Source of the DNA: Amoebidium appalachense
Taxonomy: Eukaryota > Protista > Ichthyosporea
Assembly: GCA_963693365.1 (NCBI GenBank)
Contig: CAVNZM010000018.1
Location: forward strand, 1,359,861 to 1,423,860
Direction of reading: 5' to 3'
DNA: 64,000 nt
Position 1 is the first letter of the stretch; every line of letters starts with the position of its first letter. A program made the translations under genes and the position numbers. The notes beneath the pieces are model-generated. The model did not search any database. It was not told the DNA's origin and saw only the letters and a list, made by a program, of their open reading frames with translations. This document shows positions 1-19,190 of the stretch, piece by piece.

Positions 1-1467
1 TATAAGACAAATGCTGTTTGAGTGGTGCTTTATGTGTCGATGTTTCTTGCCCTATTCCTTTAAACCCCTGCACTCTCGCCCCTTCCCTCCCTCCCCCCTC
101 ACCCCCCCTTTACTCCCCCCCCCCCCCCTCCCCCTGCTACCCGCTAACCCACCTGCCCATGGGTGACATGTCCTTTCTTTAAAGGAGGCATGGCACGGTC
201 ACGATTAAGAACAAAGCAGATGACGGTTGTGCCCTCCACCCACACTGGGCTGAAGATGTGTGCACTCGTGTGCAGAGAAAGTTTCTCAAACGAAATATCT
301 AAATGCTACATACTTGCACACTTGCCAACACACTTGCATGCACATATTCACACACACACACGAACCTACACACACAGAGAGATGCAGACGCGGACACACG
401 CCACACACGCATAGCACACACAGACACATGCACACACTCACTCAACTCACTCACTCACTCACTCACTCACGCACGCACGCACGCACGCACACACGAACGC
501 ATGCACACATGCACACACACACACACACAAACACACAGGCTGCGAGAAGGCCGGTGGGTTCCACTCCCTCAGCTCGACGTCTAAACAATGCAAAGCTTGC
601 AAGGTGACCGTGCATGAGGGGTACGTTGTTTTCATGTGTGTAGCAAACCCGGTTCGATCGGATTACCTATATCAGGAAATCCTTTTTGCGAAAAGAAGTA
701 TCACTTGATTGCCCCCCTTAAAATGCCGGGCATGCTTCACGGCCTTCACACCATGAATACATCGTACCCCCCCCCCCCCCCCCCCAAAAAAAAAAAAAAA
801 AAAAAAAAAAAGAAGAAAGAAAGAAAAAGAAAAAGAAAACACCACCAACCCACCCAACACCACCACCACCACCACCATCACCACACACATACACTACTGC
901 CACAAAAAAAAAAAAAAAAAAAAAAAAAACACCAGTGAAAACTGTTGGCTTCCCATTTGTTTACCCTGCCTTAACCCCCTCCCATCATTTTCTTACCTCT
1001 CGCGTCTTTCTTAGCAAAAGTTACCTCCACTACCAATGTGTATTTATGACATCAAACGACCACCAGTTTAACCGTACCACCGCCATCAACGCACCGATAA
1101 ATACACCTCTACTACCCTTGTCACCAATATTCCACCACTGTACCCCCACCACACACTCTACCCCTACCGCCGCCGCCGCCACCAATAAATACACCTCTAC
1201 TACCACTTATCTCCAATAAACCTTTGTCACAAACCCCCCCCCCCCCCCCCCCCCCCCCCCACCTCCCCACACACACACAACCACCACCACCACTATAATC
1301 CCCACACCAACAATGTACCCCTACCACAACCAATATACCCCTCCCCCCTTCCCTCTCCCCCCTTCCCTCTTCCCCCCTCCCCTCTCCCCACCATCCCCTC
1401 TCGCCCTCTCCCCTCTCCCCCTCCCCCCCCCCCCCCCCCCCCCCCCCAAACACACACACACACACAG

Positions 1468-5913
<4,446 letters not shown>

Positions 5914-6051
5914 CAGAGCTTATTAGGAACATAGGTGTGCGCAAACCCCCTCAAGGGACACAAGATTGCAATGCGTATCATGTATTGTACGATCTTCTAT
6001 GACACCAGTAGATATCCTCCTTGGAACGTCTTGAGTCGTAGAACATAGGTT

Positions 6052-6083
<32 letters not shown>

Positions 6084-6790
6084 ACTCCCCGGGGCTTGTT
6101 TTTCCGAAGCAGACATAAAGCTATCATATTTAAACTATACACGTACTGTAGATGTTTTAAGGCCAATGTTAGTGGTGCATCGGAATGCTGTGTTGAAGCT
6201 ACATGTAACTTCGGCTGTAAGGTTCGAGAGCTTTCTTTATTAGTACTGACTCGACCAAATATTAAAATCATTCATTCTCGTCCTGCTAAAAATATGGTCC
6301 CTTCAGCCTGTTCGAATGGAAGTGTGCACCAACTCCATCCCTACCCACCCCCCCCCCCCCCCCCCCCTCTCTCCTACTCCCCCTCCTCCTACTACCCCAC
6401 ACACAAGCGCGCACCCACGCACACACCACCCACGTGCAAAACAACACCCTGCGCATCCTAATCACCACAAACTCTCAACCACCACCAGATGCATATAAGA
6501 CCCCTCTGCCGATGCCGAAGTATTTGAAACCACATAACTATACAACTGAGTCAATATCAACATCGCTATCACCAAACATGTTTGCTTTATCTTCGTGTCC
6601 ATAACTTCTTTTTTTTTTAAAAAAAAAAAAAAAAAAACAGTCGTCAAGAATTCAAGACCAATACACCAAGTGGCATGGCAGCGGGCCCGCTTCCCATGAT
6701 GCGAGGAGATGGAAGCAAATAGGAAACAACTACTTCGATCAGAAATCTATTTCTGATTCAAAGCCTATGATGATACTTTGAAGGGGCCGC

Positions 6791-6832
<42 letters not shown>

Positions 6833-6852
6833 ACGTTATGTTTCCGTGGCAC

Positions 6853-7227
6853 TTATTGGAGCAACTCAACGCTGATCCCAGCGTATTCGGGCATTATAGC
6901 CACGCGGTACAGTAACTTCCGCCCACAAATGCTAACCGGAATATGGTGCATGCCGTGCCATGGTCATTCCCGTTGCTGCAAACGACACCTTGCCCTCACT
7001 GTGCAGACGAATGCCCACAGTGGCCCCACTGGGCACTGCCCTGTCGAGGTATGCTCTTTCAGAAAATCCGTTTGGACCGTAAAGTGTTCCGTTAACGTTA
7101 GCAGTGTACAGGTACCAGCCACAATTGTTGTATGGGGCATTGCCAGGTGTATCGACTCGCCGCAGCAACTATTGCCTGTGAGGCCAACCAACCCAATCAT
7201 CTTCATTGTTGGTGCATACATGTACAA
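6853..7227 (-). pseudogene. Frameshifted fragment of a SPRY/B30.2-like domain, paralogue of the C-terminus of the 21248-22201 protein
   Basis: PYNNCGWYLYTANVNGTLYGPNG...GATVGIRLHSEGKVSF and, in another frame, YRVAIMPEYAGISVELLQ* align with TYSTTGWYLHTIDGTLYGQDG...GAVVAVRLHDDGRISF...CRVAVMMKPAGTTVELVE*. At least two frameshifts; no BTB part. Confidence 0.85.
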
Positions 7228-7548
7228 CAGACTGATTTTATACTAGCCCTAATTATAACCCTAAAAGACTGAGGACGCCAGGTCCCGGAAGCCCCATTTA
7301 CATCATGCTGTTTGTTGATCTGGGAGGCTTCCGTGTCTGGGATGACTCGATGTATATCTACGTCACACAGAGAGACTATCTGTAATCCTATTGGACGATG
7401 TATTCGCGGACTGGCATCCGCTCAAGGTATATAAAGCAGCCAAACGTTAACCATCCTCAGATGGTACCGGAGTATCCAAGATCTCAAACCACTTTCTGCG
7501 AACCTCTCCTCTACTCTCGATCCGCTATGTAGAAGTGATTGTCTCTTA

Positions 7549-7583
7549 CAGAGGTCACAGGACCGAATCCTGCCTCTGCTCCA
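7549..7583 (+). pseudogene. 3'-half tRNA-like fragment (initiator tRNA-Met-like)
   Basis: CAGAGGTCACAGGACCGAATCCTGCCTCTGCTCCA has a T-arm stem CAGG/CCTG and resembles the 3' half of eukaryotic tRNA-iMet (CAGAGGTC..GGATCGAAACC..CCTCTGCTA). The 5' half is not recognisable. Confidence 0.5.
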
Positions 7584-7594
7584 CATTTATTCTG

Positions 7595-7640
<46 letters not shown>

Positions 7641-7647
7641 CGTACAT

Positions 7648-7830
7648 GTGCGCCGTGGCTGGGGTGAATACCCTGGGCTAAGTGCGTGCAAATAGTTAGG
7701 ATTGTTAACGGTGTAGCTTAGCTAATAATATTAATACCGTAGCACCCTAGCTAGAGTACTGTCGGTGCTGGGTGGAAGACGGTAGTTCCCAGGAGGGCCC
7801 CGAGGGGTCCTACCGGGAACAAAACGGGAT
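7648..7830 (+). other. Putative structured RNA/DNA motif, copy A (homologous to 47512-47684)
   Basis: Shares blocks GGG(C/A)TAAG(T)GCG, GTAC(T/G)GTC, GGAAGACGGTA and AAACGGGAT with copy B; the stems between the blocks pair in both copies with different sequences. Confidence 0.55.
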
Positions 7831-7855
7831 CGATTGATATCTATCAAATCAAACG

Positions 7856-8850
<995 letters not shown>

Positions 8851-10730
8851 ATGTGTTTCAGAATCCAGGGAGTTTGAGATCATTTCGAGTCGTAATTCAA
8901 CCACTGCTGGTCGTCACCCGTCCACATACAAGGTCAAAGGGAGGCGCGCGCACAAGATTCCATGCATCGACGGATTTTCGCACCGTGATTCTGTTGACGG
9001 ACACACCAAAAATTGCTACCCCCCCCCCCCCCCCCCCACTACCACCACTACCACCACCACCACACCCCCACCACCACCACCACAACAATAATAACACTGA
9101 CACATAGCAGCACACCCATAGCCACAAACGCACACCCTCAAACGCTGGTGGCGCCACCAGCAGACCCGGGTAGCTCAATGACCATGTGGCCAGAGGAGAC
9201 CACAATCCGGACCGTATTAGTTGACGCTTGGAGGTCCAGGTTTTCAAGTGTGCATCCAGCTTTTGGAGTAACTGATGGTCATGACACACAGTTTAGAGAT
9301 AGCACTAGCTATGTATCCGTGCATAATACTGATGATGATGATTGAATTAAGTTTTTTCCTTTTGTCCTTGTGGGATATAGGGGCTTCTGGAATTGAGATT
9401 ATAGCTGGCTACGGCCGAAATGTACATACACGTAATCTTACATTTGCCTACCCCTTTATGCGTGTCGTGCGCTTGAATTTGGGTGGGTGGGTGGGTGGTG
9501 GCGGTAGGGGGGAGTGGGAGGGGAAGGGAAGGGGGGGAGACGAAGGGGGGAGGGGGGTAGAGAGGGAGCAGGGGAGACTATGGTGGCTGATTTGGATTTC
9601 AGTTCGACGGGAATGGCGCACCAATTGAGTTTCCCCTGTTTATTCTTTTTTTTTCGTGATCCATCCACATCAGTGGTAGTGTACAAATCGGTGGGGGTAG
9701 GGTCTCCAAATGTGCATCGTTCCCTCCTCCCCCTCCCCCCCCCCCCTTCCCTCCCCTTGGGGAAGTTGCCTCCGTGCCTCGTCCACACCCAGTCTACACT
9801 GGTTATCTCTGGCTCTTAGAGCACTTCCCACTTTTCTCTCTTCCCGACCTCCCCGGTTTCCCTCTTAGGTACCCAAATCCCCCCCCCCCCCCCCTCACCC
9901 CCTCCCCCCCCTCCCCCCCCCCCCCCCCCCCCGCCCGCCCCTTTTCCCATCCCATATCCATGCCCCTCCCTCCCCCCCCCCCCCCCCCCCCCCCCCCGCC
10001 CCGCCCCTCGCCCCCCGCCCCCCCTACCCGCTACCTCTAATCGTTCCCTTCTCCCGTTCTTTCTAATAGCATATCCGCCGCCACGGACACTTTCTTCTTA
10101 CCCCCCCTCCCCCCCCCCCCCCCCCCCCTCTATCCTCCTCCCCCCCCCATCCCCCCTCCTCCCCTCCTCCCTCCTTCCCTCAACCCTCCCCCATATTGTT
10201 TCATGGTCTTCCTACCCCCCCCCCCCCCCCCCGGCCCTCCCCCCCCCTTCACTGCCCCCCCCCCCCCCTCCTCCAGTGCCCTGCTATAGGGCTTGGCCTA
10301 TAGATGTTTTGTGGATGGGTGCTCACAACTTGCTATCTTGTTAGTTTCCTTTTCTTTTTAAAATTTTACGGCTCACCCTCCTAACCTTTATACCCCCCCC
10401 CCCCCCCCCTCATCTCCCTCCCCCGTCCCCTCCCCCCCCCCCCCCCCCTTCCCTTGCCTCTCATTTCTACTCTCGCATCGTACCCACTCCCGCCCCGGTC
10501 CACATAGAAAAGTTCACCACACACACCAACAATTTTGTGTTACTCTTGCTCTTCGACCTCCCCGGTAAATGACATGGTGGCAATCCCTCCCCTCCCCCTT
10601 CCCCCCCCCACCACCTCCTCCTCCCCCCCGGGTGACATGCACCCTCCCCCTCCCCCCCCCCCAACCAGAACCCTCCTCTCTCTCTCCTTCCCTCTCCCTC
10701 TCCCTCTCCCTTTCTCTCCCTCTCCCCCCC

Positions 10731-10863
<133 letters not shown>

Positions 10864-11103
10864 CCTCCCCCCCCCCCTCCCCCCGGCACCGCCCCCTGTC
10901 CCCTTGTGTCACCCCCACCCCCACCTCCATCCATCCCTCCCACCTTCTATTGCCAGTCCACTACGCATCCCACCCTACCCTTCTCTCTCTTTGTAAAGAA
11001 AAGGCCTTGTCACGGTGTGTAGATCCAAACGTGTGGGTAAGTCGGTGTGGGGGAATGGGTGGGTGAGTCGGTGGGTTACTTTGTGGATGTTGTTTGGGGT
11101 GGT

Positions 11104-11146
<43 letters not shown>

Positions 11147-12305
11147 GGGGAGGGAGGCACTCCACCCTTCTCACCCCGAGAACTTGACTCAACTTCCCAG
11201 CGCCCCCAGGCCTCGAGGCCTGAAGTGTGACAAAAGTTTGTTTACAAACATGATGTGCATATGGACACGGCACCAAAACATATGACACAAAACTTGCAGA
11301 AGTTCTGTAGGCTTGTGCTCACATGTACAATTTCTTGTCTGCATTCCCGAATCCCTTCCCCCTTCCCCCCCCCTCCCCTCCCCCCCCACCCCCACCTCCT
11401 CTGAAGGGGATGGGGGGGAGGGGTTGGGGAGATGGGGGGGGGGGGGGGGGGGGGGGGCACTCCGCCCTTCTCACCCCAAGAACCTGACTCAACTATCCCC
11501 CGCCCCCAGGCCCCCCCCCCCCCCCCCCCCCCCAAAAATATATATATATATATAAAGGAAGAGGAGAAAAAAGGAAAAAAGAGAAAAGAACAAAGAAATA
11601 GGAAAATTCCTGATCAATTCACTCTCAGGCTCCGTTTGCGCCAACCTTCTTATCCACACATATCACCACATTCCCCAACACCCACTCACAAACTCGATCA
11701 TAAAGCAAGAAACTGTTATAACGAAGGGGTTCGCGGTGTTTACTTACGGCACAGAAGCCCGGTCTCAGGTAGTCTTTCTCACGATCGAGATAATCGTTCA
11801 CGACTTTATATCAGGTACATATATTTCGGGTGTTGTTTGGTACATTATTGAAACAGGTCTTCCTTAAGGGATTGTCATTTAGTTATGTTTGCATTTTTTT
11901 TTTTTAACTAAAATCATTTTGTCTTGCCTTTTTTATTTGTTCTTTTTCTTTTTTTGGGGGGGGGGGGGGGGGGGGGGGGGGGAGTCCATCGAAGCCACCA
12001 ATCATCTTGACCTTAAAGAACGGGATATATATGTAGAGGATGCTAGAGAAGGGTAAAACAAGGAAGTGACGGGAGGATAAGGTGTGGGGTTGTGGGGGGG
12101 AAGGGGGGGGAGAGGCAGAAAAGGATAAATATAAGGTGGTTTTGGAAGTAGGAATGTTGCCGGATCTGCAATGAAATAAATATTTGGGGTACTATAGGCC
12201 ATACATGAATCTTGCCATTTATAATTTGCCTCTGAAGACAGACTCGAACATGCATGCACCGTGACGAAAACACACCATGATCAGGCAACAAACAAAACCC
12301 ACAAG

Positions 12306-12344
<39 letters not shown>

Positions 12345-12576
12345 CTTTTTAATCCCGTTTCATCCCATGGAGGCCACCGTATTCCTCTTGGCTGTGCCTG
12401 TACACCCCAAACAGGCGACAATAAAAACGATGTCCGATAAATTATGTGACTAGGTAACAAGTTCGTAGTGCATACACTAAACTTTAGCCTGATGGACTCT
12501 CGAAGTCAAAACTGCACACACACGCACATACACACACACATACACACACTCTCTCTCTCCAACTCCCTCCCTCCCT

Positions 12577-12691
<115 letters not shown>

Positions 12692-12739
12692 CCCCCCCCC
12701 CCCCCCCCCTCTCTATTCAATATTATCATAGTCATGTAG

Positions 12740-12839
<100 letters not shown>

Positions 12840-13280
12840 TGTGTTTGTGTGTGTGTGTGGATGTGACTCCCTCTTCCTCTCAAAACGACGCACACTTTCA
12901 CGAATCACGACACACACACCACACCACACCACACTGCCCACAACCCGATGTACGTGCATGCATGGCATGCACGATCATAACAATGCACGCATGCACACAC
13001 ACACATACACACACATAGAGAGGGAGAGAGAGAAAAACCACGCACACTCCCACACGAACACATACTCCCACACAGGAAGAGGTGGGAGAGGGATGGGGAG
13101 GAAGAGAGAGAAAGGGGGAGAGAGAAAGAATAATAAGGGAAGGAGAGAGTGAGGAGGTGAGGGGAGGGGGGGGGGGGGGGGGAAGGGAGAGAGAGAGCGA
13201 GAGAACGAGAGAAAGTGAGAGCCTTGGAGACAGGGAGGGGGTGGGAGGGGGGAGAGAGAGAGAGGGGAAGAGAGAGAGAG

Positions 13281-13327
<47 letters not shown>

Positions 13328-14067
13328 GAGAGAGAGAGAGTGTGTGTGTGTGTGTGTGTGTGAGTGAAAGCGAGCGTTTATTAAGTGTGTATAAAGAGTC
13401 TCAGAGATCGAGAACGAGAGGTGGAGAGAGAGAGAGAGAGCAACAAGCAATGTAGCATACACACACATATGTAGGTATCTGAGTGGAGACATATACAGTA
13501 TATCGAGGTTAAATTGTGACACTGTTAGCATGTGCCCGTGTCCGTACCGTGTGCGTACATCGGTGGTATTATGGGTGCATGCATGTTTGTGTGATTGTAT
13601 GTCCAGTTGGTTTAATGCGTCATGCCCTAGAATAGGGCCTATGTTGTGTCTATGGCTTGTTCGCCTGGGCAGTGGGAGTCAGCGCTGCCATTGTTTCTGG
13701 ATCTGCGGGTGCACGTGTGAAATATGCTTTCGCGAAGGGATCACGGCCCCCAACCGTTTCAGCACCAGTACGTATATAGCCACCGGTACCAAAACGAATA
13801 GGGGTTTACGCTGTTTACTCGAGGCAAAGAGAGACCAGTCTCAGGTATGGGGGCGGTTTTGCTCGGAATATCCCCTCAGCGGTATATCATGATCACGTAC
13901 ATAGATGTCGGGTGATAACTATATATCAGGGTTTACTTTCTCTACGAGACACCATAAAGACTAAGAAAAATCAATTAGTTGGGGTTCCCCCCCCCCCCCC
14001 CCCCCTTTTTTTTGGGGGGGGGGGGGGGGGGGGGGGGGGCTCCCCTGGGACACTCGGTATCAGCTGG

Positions 14068-14134
<67 letters not shown>

Positions 14135-14136
14135 CG

Positions 14137-16227
14137 CTAGAATTTTGTAGTGATGTGTTTCTCAAGCCAATCAATACATCTAATAAACAGGTTGTAGTTA
14201 CGCGTGTTTAGTATAAATTCAAGGATGTTGTAATCTACAGGTAGGCTATCTTTCTGGGTGTCTGTTGTGAATGTTACGTGTGTGTGTTGCGGTATTATGT
14301 GGTCTATCAAACTACATTTGGTGATACTTGACCGTTTAAACTGGTGTGTGTGTGTGTGTTGTTTGGGCATGCAAACAATGCCACCTTATACTTATTAGAT
14401 CTCCACTGGATAGCACGTGTACAGTAAAAGCGTGGTAATTGATCAATAATACCATCAGCTAGAGCAAGACCAGTTCTACAGGAAGGTAATATGTATTTAG
14501 GTGTTATACATTTGCGAGTGCCATATTTGGCAATATGGTTAAGGCGGTCATTATATATAAAACGAGACATAATTAGGTGTCTGCTTTCATCGGGTCTAGT
14601 GTCGTGTGGTATCTTATTCCATTTGTTATATTGCGTGATTATCTTGTGATTGTGACATGTTTAATAAGTAAGTCCCAGTCCAAAGTCACACGCACACTTT
14701 TGCGGGGTTTATTTGTGTTTGTGCCCGGGGGAGAAGGAGAGAGAGAGGGAAGGAAAGAGGGGAGAGGTGGAGAGGGGACAGGTCGGATAGAGAAGAGAGG
14801 GTGGGAGGGCAAAAACTTCTTTAAGCGGCTTATGTGCTTATTGAATTTCAGCGCGAGATGGGATACTCTAGCAGCTATTGGGACCAGACCATATATCGAG
14901 AGCGTTACAGGCCCAGGTTTACAACAGTTGTTAGATAGAAAGGAGGCAACTTCTGCTTCAAGGAAATTTGCCAAGGGTTTAAGCGCTCTAGCTCTCTCTC
15001 TCTTGATCCAAGCGGCGAGAAGGGGTAAACCATATTCACATGCCGGGAAGACAAAAGTGCGAATAAATGTAAGTCTAATAGAAGGATGGAGGGGTGCGTC
15101 TTCAAAAATATTAGCCGAGAAGAAAGCTAACCGCTTACGAGCCAACTCTAGCCTCTTTTCGACCATATGGGAAAACATAACACCAACAGAATTAACCGGA
15201 ACACCAAGATATTTGTATTCTGGAACTATAGGTACAGGTTTAGATGATAATGTAAATGTGTGTAAATTGTTAACGTTAGCTATATCGGGTACAAGAACAC
15301 CACATTAGTCTATGTTAAGGATCATAAGGGTTGCCTTGCACCACTCTGACACTACATCGAACAATCTTTGCAGGCGTCTAGGGGTACGGGCAAGGAGGGA
15401 CAGATCATCAGCATAGAGAAGTGCAGGCGGAAAGTTATTAATACTGGTCATCATTTTCGGCATAAATCTTGACAGCCAAATCATCTATAAATAGGTTAAA
15501 CAAAAAGGGGCCAAGCAACGGACACTGCAAGAGACCTCTAGTACGAGCAAAACCATATGAAAGATGCCCATTAACCACAGCTCTACCATAGGTTTGAGAC
15601 AAGAGTGCTTCTAACAGACCACCAATGCAGTGTGGTACACCCCGTACAGCAAGCTTTTCCCATAGGAGACCAGGGGAGACATAATCGTAAGCAGTTTTCC
15701 AATCAATAAAGATGATATCGTACACCAACTTGCATAGAATCGTGGAGTGCCATTGATGGAACATAACATGAATTGTTCTTACGAAAAGCGGATTGGCATG
15801 GGTGTATGTGAAGAATAGATTGAAACCTAGGGTGATTTGAAAATAACCTAAGTAAGCAAGCTTAAAAGAATCTACGAGCAACCTGGGTTAGTGTGATGGG
15901 GCGAAAAGATGATATGGGGCCCTCAGAGTCCTTCTTAACTATGGGGATCACTAAGGTATCTAACCAAGATGACGGGACATGTCCACAATTAACACACCAA
16001 GAAAAGAGAGAGCTTAACATAATAGTAAGATCAGGTTTAATAGCACGATCACTTTCCTTTTGTGGGTAGGAGGGAACAAGGATTTTAAGAAAACCAGCAG
16101 GAAGCCCATCAGGTCCACAAGACTTACTAGAGCTATAACTAGATATCACAGACCATATGGTATCGGGACTGAAAAAGGGGAGGATCGATTCTATGGGGAT
16201 AGATGGGTCTACAGGCCGAGGTATGTA
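14137..16227 (-). mobile_element. Decayed non-LTR retrotransposon (LINE) RT region with C-terminal Cys-motif domain
   Basis: Motifs across broken frames: KSCGPDGLP, IPIVKK..FRPITL, FIDWKTAYDYV, RGLLQ..LGPFLFNLFIDDL, LLYADD (~15405-15422), YKYLGVP, AIQWRSN, and terminal ILEFILN..FIRCIDWL..* at 14137. Multiple frameshifts and deletions. Confidence 0.9.
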
Positions 16228-16362
16228 GGTCTATACGAAGGAAGCCCTAGGTATAGGGAGATCGGATGATAACTGGCTAAAAAAATACAATAATTGATAA
16301 TAATTTACAAAAATAAAAAACATAAACCCAATAACCATAACCCTATGTGTGTCTGGGTCCTA
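16228..16362. repeat. 135-bp direct repeat, copy 1 (copy 2 at 20007-20140)
   Basis: GGTCTATACGAAGGA...CCATAACCCTATGTGTGTCTGGG(T/C)CCTA, about 3 differences between copies. Confidence 0.95.
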
Positions 16363-17506
16363 GGGACGAAAAGCTGTCTGCAGCAGATGTGTGGGCAAAG
16401 AGTGTGCTCGCAGGGAATAAAATTTTTGCTGCGCAGCTAAGTAAGGCGTTAGGCAAAGTGGACCAAATGAAAGCAGAGGCGGAAAAGGTTGCGAAAGAAA
16501 CGACAGCTAGTTGGAAAGAAAACCTGGAACTACAGAACGAGCTACTTTCGATAAAGAAGGAAAAAATCATGCGCAGGTCCATAGACATGATTAAGAACAA
16601 CGATAAGTTAGTAAGCACGTTTACAAGGTTTCCCAACTGGACCGTTTTGTCGTTGTTTTTGGAGATATGTGAGCTGGTGGGCGGGGCAAACCTGAACATG
16701 GAGGGGAAGCCAAAGGCACACAACGGTCCAGCTCGAAAACTCAGGTGGGACAACGACATTCTACTTACGCTGGTGTATATGAGGCAGGGATTCCCACAGG
16801 AGCACATGGGCCACCTGTTCGGTGTAAGTGAAGCAACAGTAAGCACCATATTTCGTGCACGGGTTATGTTTTTGGTTGGGGTGGTGCAGTTCTTGTTTCC
16901 TGACCTTCCTTCGAAGGAAGGATTAGAAGCAGATGCACACAAGCTCTTTAAGGACAATCCCCAGTATAAGGAAAACGGTATCATTCTAGATGCTACAGAG
17001 ATCATTGGTGAGATCTCTTCAGACGCACACCTCGCGTCTCTCATGTGGAGTGATTATAAGCAACGGCATACTTTAAAGTGGCTTGTGGGAGTTTTGCCCT
17101 CACTGCGTGTGGGCTTAGTGGAGGGTGCCAATGGGGGTGGTGCATCCGATAAGATAATGTGCCAGAATGCGCGTGTTATTGCTAAGGTACCTAAGGGCAT
17201 GGGCATAATGATAGATAAAGGTGTGCATATTAGGGAACAGTGTGAAATGGCAGGCCTACACTGTTTCCAGCCCCCCTTCAAAAGGGATGGTATTAGGCAG
17301 TTTACGGGGAAGCAGGCAGCTGAAGGCCGCAGTATTGCCTCCCTCCGCATTCACGCAGAAAGGGCAATAGCTAGAATCAAGAGCTATAAGTGGCTAAATG
17401 CCCCCATCCCCGTGACGATTTTAAAATTGCTCACTCTGTGTTCTTGGTCTGTGCCTTCCTCAACAAATTCCAGCGGCCGCTGGTGGTGGAGGAGGCAAAA
17501 AAATAA
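16363..17506 (+). CDS. PIF/Harbinger-superfamily (ISL2EU-like) DDE transposase, 5'-truncated, one frameshift near the C-terminus
   Basis: HTH region LLTLVYMRQGFPQEHMGHLFGVSEATVSTIF; catalytic motifs ILDATEI, IMIDKG, RIHAERAIARIK; also WSDYKQRHTLKWLVG. After a shift at ~17425 the family-typical end VFLVCAFLNKFQRPLVVEEAKK* is recovered (TAA 17504-17506). Confidence 0.9.
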
Positions 17507-17555
17507 AGAGCACGTATTGGCATGGGTTCGAGGTTCATTGAATGTAGTTGCCTCT

Positions 17556-17586
<31 letters not shown>

Positions 17587-17770
17587 CCACTCACCCCCTC
17601 CCCTACCCTTCGGTCTCCCCTGCCACTCAGTCTTTCTTTTTCCTCTTTGCATGACCGTAGAGAGATGGATGGGTGTGTGGGGGAGGGGGGAGGGGGGGGG
17701 GGGGGAGGGATGGAAGAGATAGGGTCTGAGAAACAAAATTATGAAAAGATCTCTCTCTTGCGCGCGCCGT

Positions 17771-17927
<157 letters not shown>

Positions 17928-17956
17928 CTGTCTCTCTCTCTCTCTGTCTGTCTGTC

Positions 17957-18013
<57 letters not shown>

Positions 18014-18247
18014 CCCGGGGGAGGGGAGAGGATGGGTTATGCCGTGCTGTTAGCCTTCGGTGAAGTGGGGATGGGGGGGGGGGGGGGGAAGGGGGATCAG
18101 ATGAGGGAGGGGAGGAGGGGGCATCATGGGCCGGGGGGGGGGGGGGGGGGGGGGAGCTGAAAGTGGGACAGATTGGGGAAGGAAGGAAGGAAGGGGATGT
18201 GTTGCTCAAATGGGTAAGAGAGTGATTAAAGCCTGAGCTCATGTAAG

Positions 18248-18358
<111 letters not shown>

Positions 18359-18423
18359 ACGGTGTGTGTGTGTGTCTGTGTGTGTGTGTGTGTCTGTGTG
18401 TGTGTGTGTGTGGGGGGGGGGGG

Positions 18424-18726
18424 GTTCTTTAGTGGGTGCCGGTTTTCCATCAAAAAAGCACACCGGAATACAGTTGAGCTCTGAAACGTATGAACTAATC
18501 TTTTCCAAAATGGAGTTTGCGATGTTTGCCCAAGTTTTGGATGGCATGTTACTGTTGTCGTGGTTGAGTTTTGCAACGTGTTGGGAAAAGGTGGACTGAG
18601 CGATCACGTTGTATATAACGTTGACACGTCAATGCCTATTCTATGACCAGAGAGTGAGTTGGGAAGAAAGCAGGCGCGTTTCTGTTCTGAAACGCCCAAA
18701 GCAGGCAGTAAACCTTCGACACCCAT
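18424..18726 (-). pseudogene. N-terminal part of an XPG/FEN1/Exo1 (Rad2-family) nuclease, one frameshift, 3'-truncated
   Basis: ATG at 18726 gives MGVEGLLPALG...LSGHRIGIDVST; after a 1-nt shift at ~18618 it continues YNVIAQ...ELNCIPVCFFDGKPAPTKE. These match the XPG N-region motifs MGIxGLL, IAIDxS and PVFVFDG..P..K. The I-region was not found. Confidence 0.8.
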
Positions 18727-18997
18727 GGTGTACTGCGAGTGTTGTGAATGTGGGTGTGTGATTCACTCAAGATCAGCCCAATTTTTTTTTGAAAAACTTA
18801 AACATAAAACTGCAGCTAAAGAGACAAAATTTCGCAAGTATTGTGCTTCACAGCTACAGTATGACAGTGTGTGGGAGTCGAAGCGAACGTGTAGCTATGA
18901 TCAGTTGCACTGAAACGTTTGCGTGGGTGACGGCCCTATGGCTGCCAACCTCGGGAGTTTGAGCGAAGTAAAATATTGGTCGATTTTTGAATAGAAG

Positions 18998-19013
18998 ATC
19001 CAAAGTGGTCCAT
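18998..19013 (-). other. Candidate right terminus (TIR) of the ISL2EU-like element
   Basis: Minus strand reads AT|GGACCACTTTGGAT, similar to the RGRCC-starting, AT-flanked termini known for ISL2EU-type elements. No matching left TIR was found. Confidence 0.3.
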
Positions 19014-19151
19014 AGCTAGCCAATCACACTACTCTCAGAAAGAAAAGAGGAGAGCAAACAGCAGATAAAATGCAATAAGTCCTATCAGGCAAGGGAGCCA
19101 GGTGTGCACAGATCGATCTACAGATATCCGTGCACACAGAAACAAGGGAGA

Positions 19152-19190
<39 letters not shown>

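Noticed and set aside
184-603. FYVE-like exons upstream of the PH-like exon
   Set aside because: CEKAGGF..KQCKACK is suggestive, but splice phases could not be reconciled, so they were left out of the gene model.
7648-7830. Group II intron, RNase P/MRP or known small ribozyme
   Set aside because: A GTGCG start is present in copy A only; no domain V, no CUGAUGA core and no full RNase P/MRP conserved regions were seen.
8860-9720. Chromodomain-like or RNase H-like peptide fragments
   Set aside because: Motif matches are too short and lack key residues.
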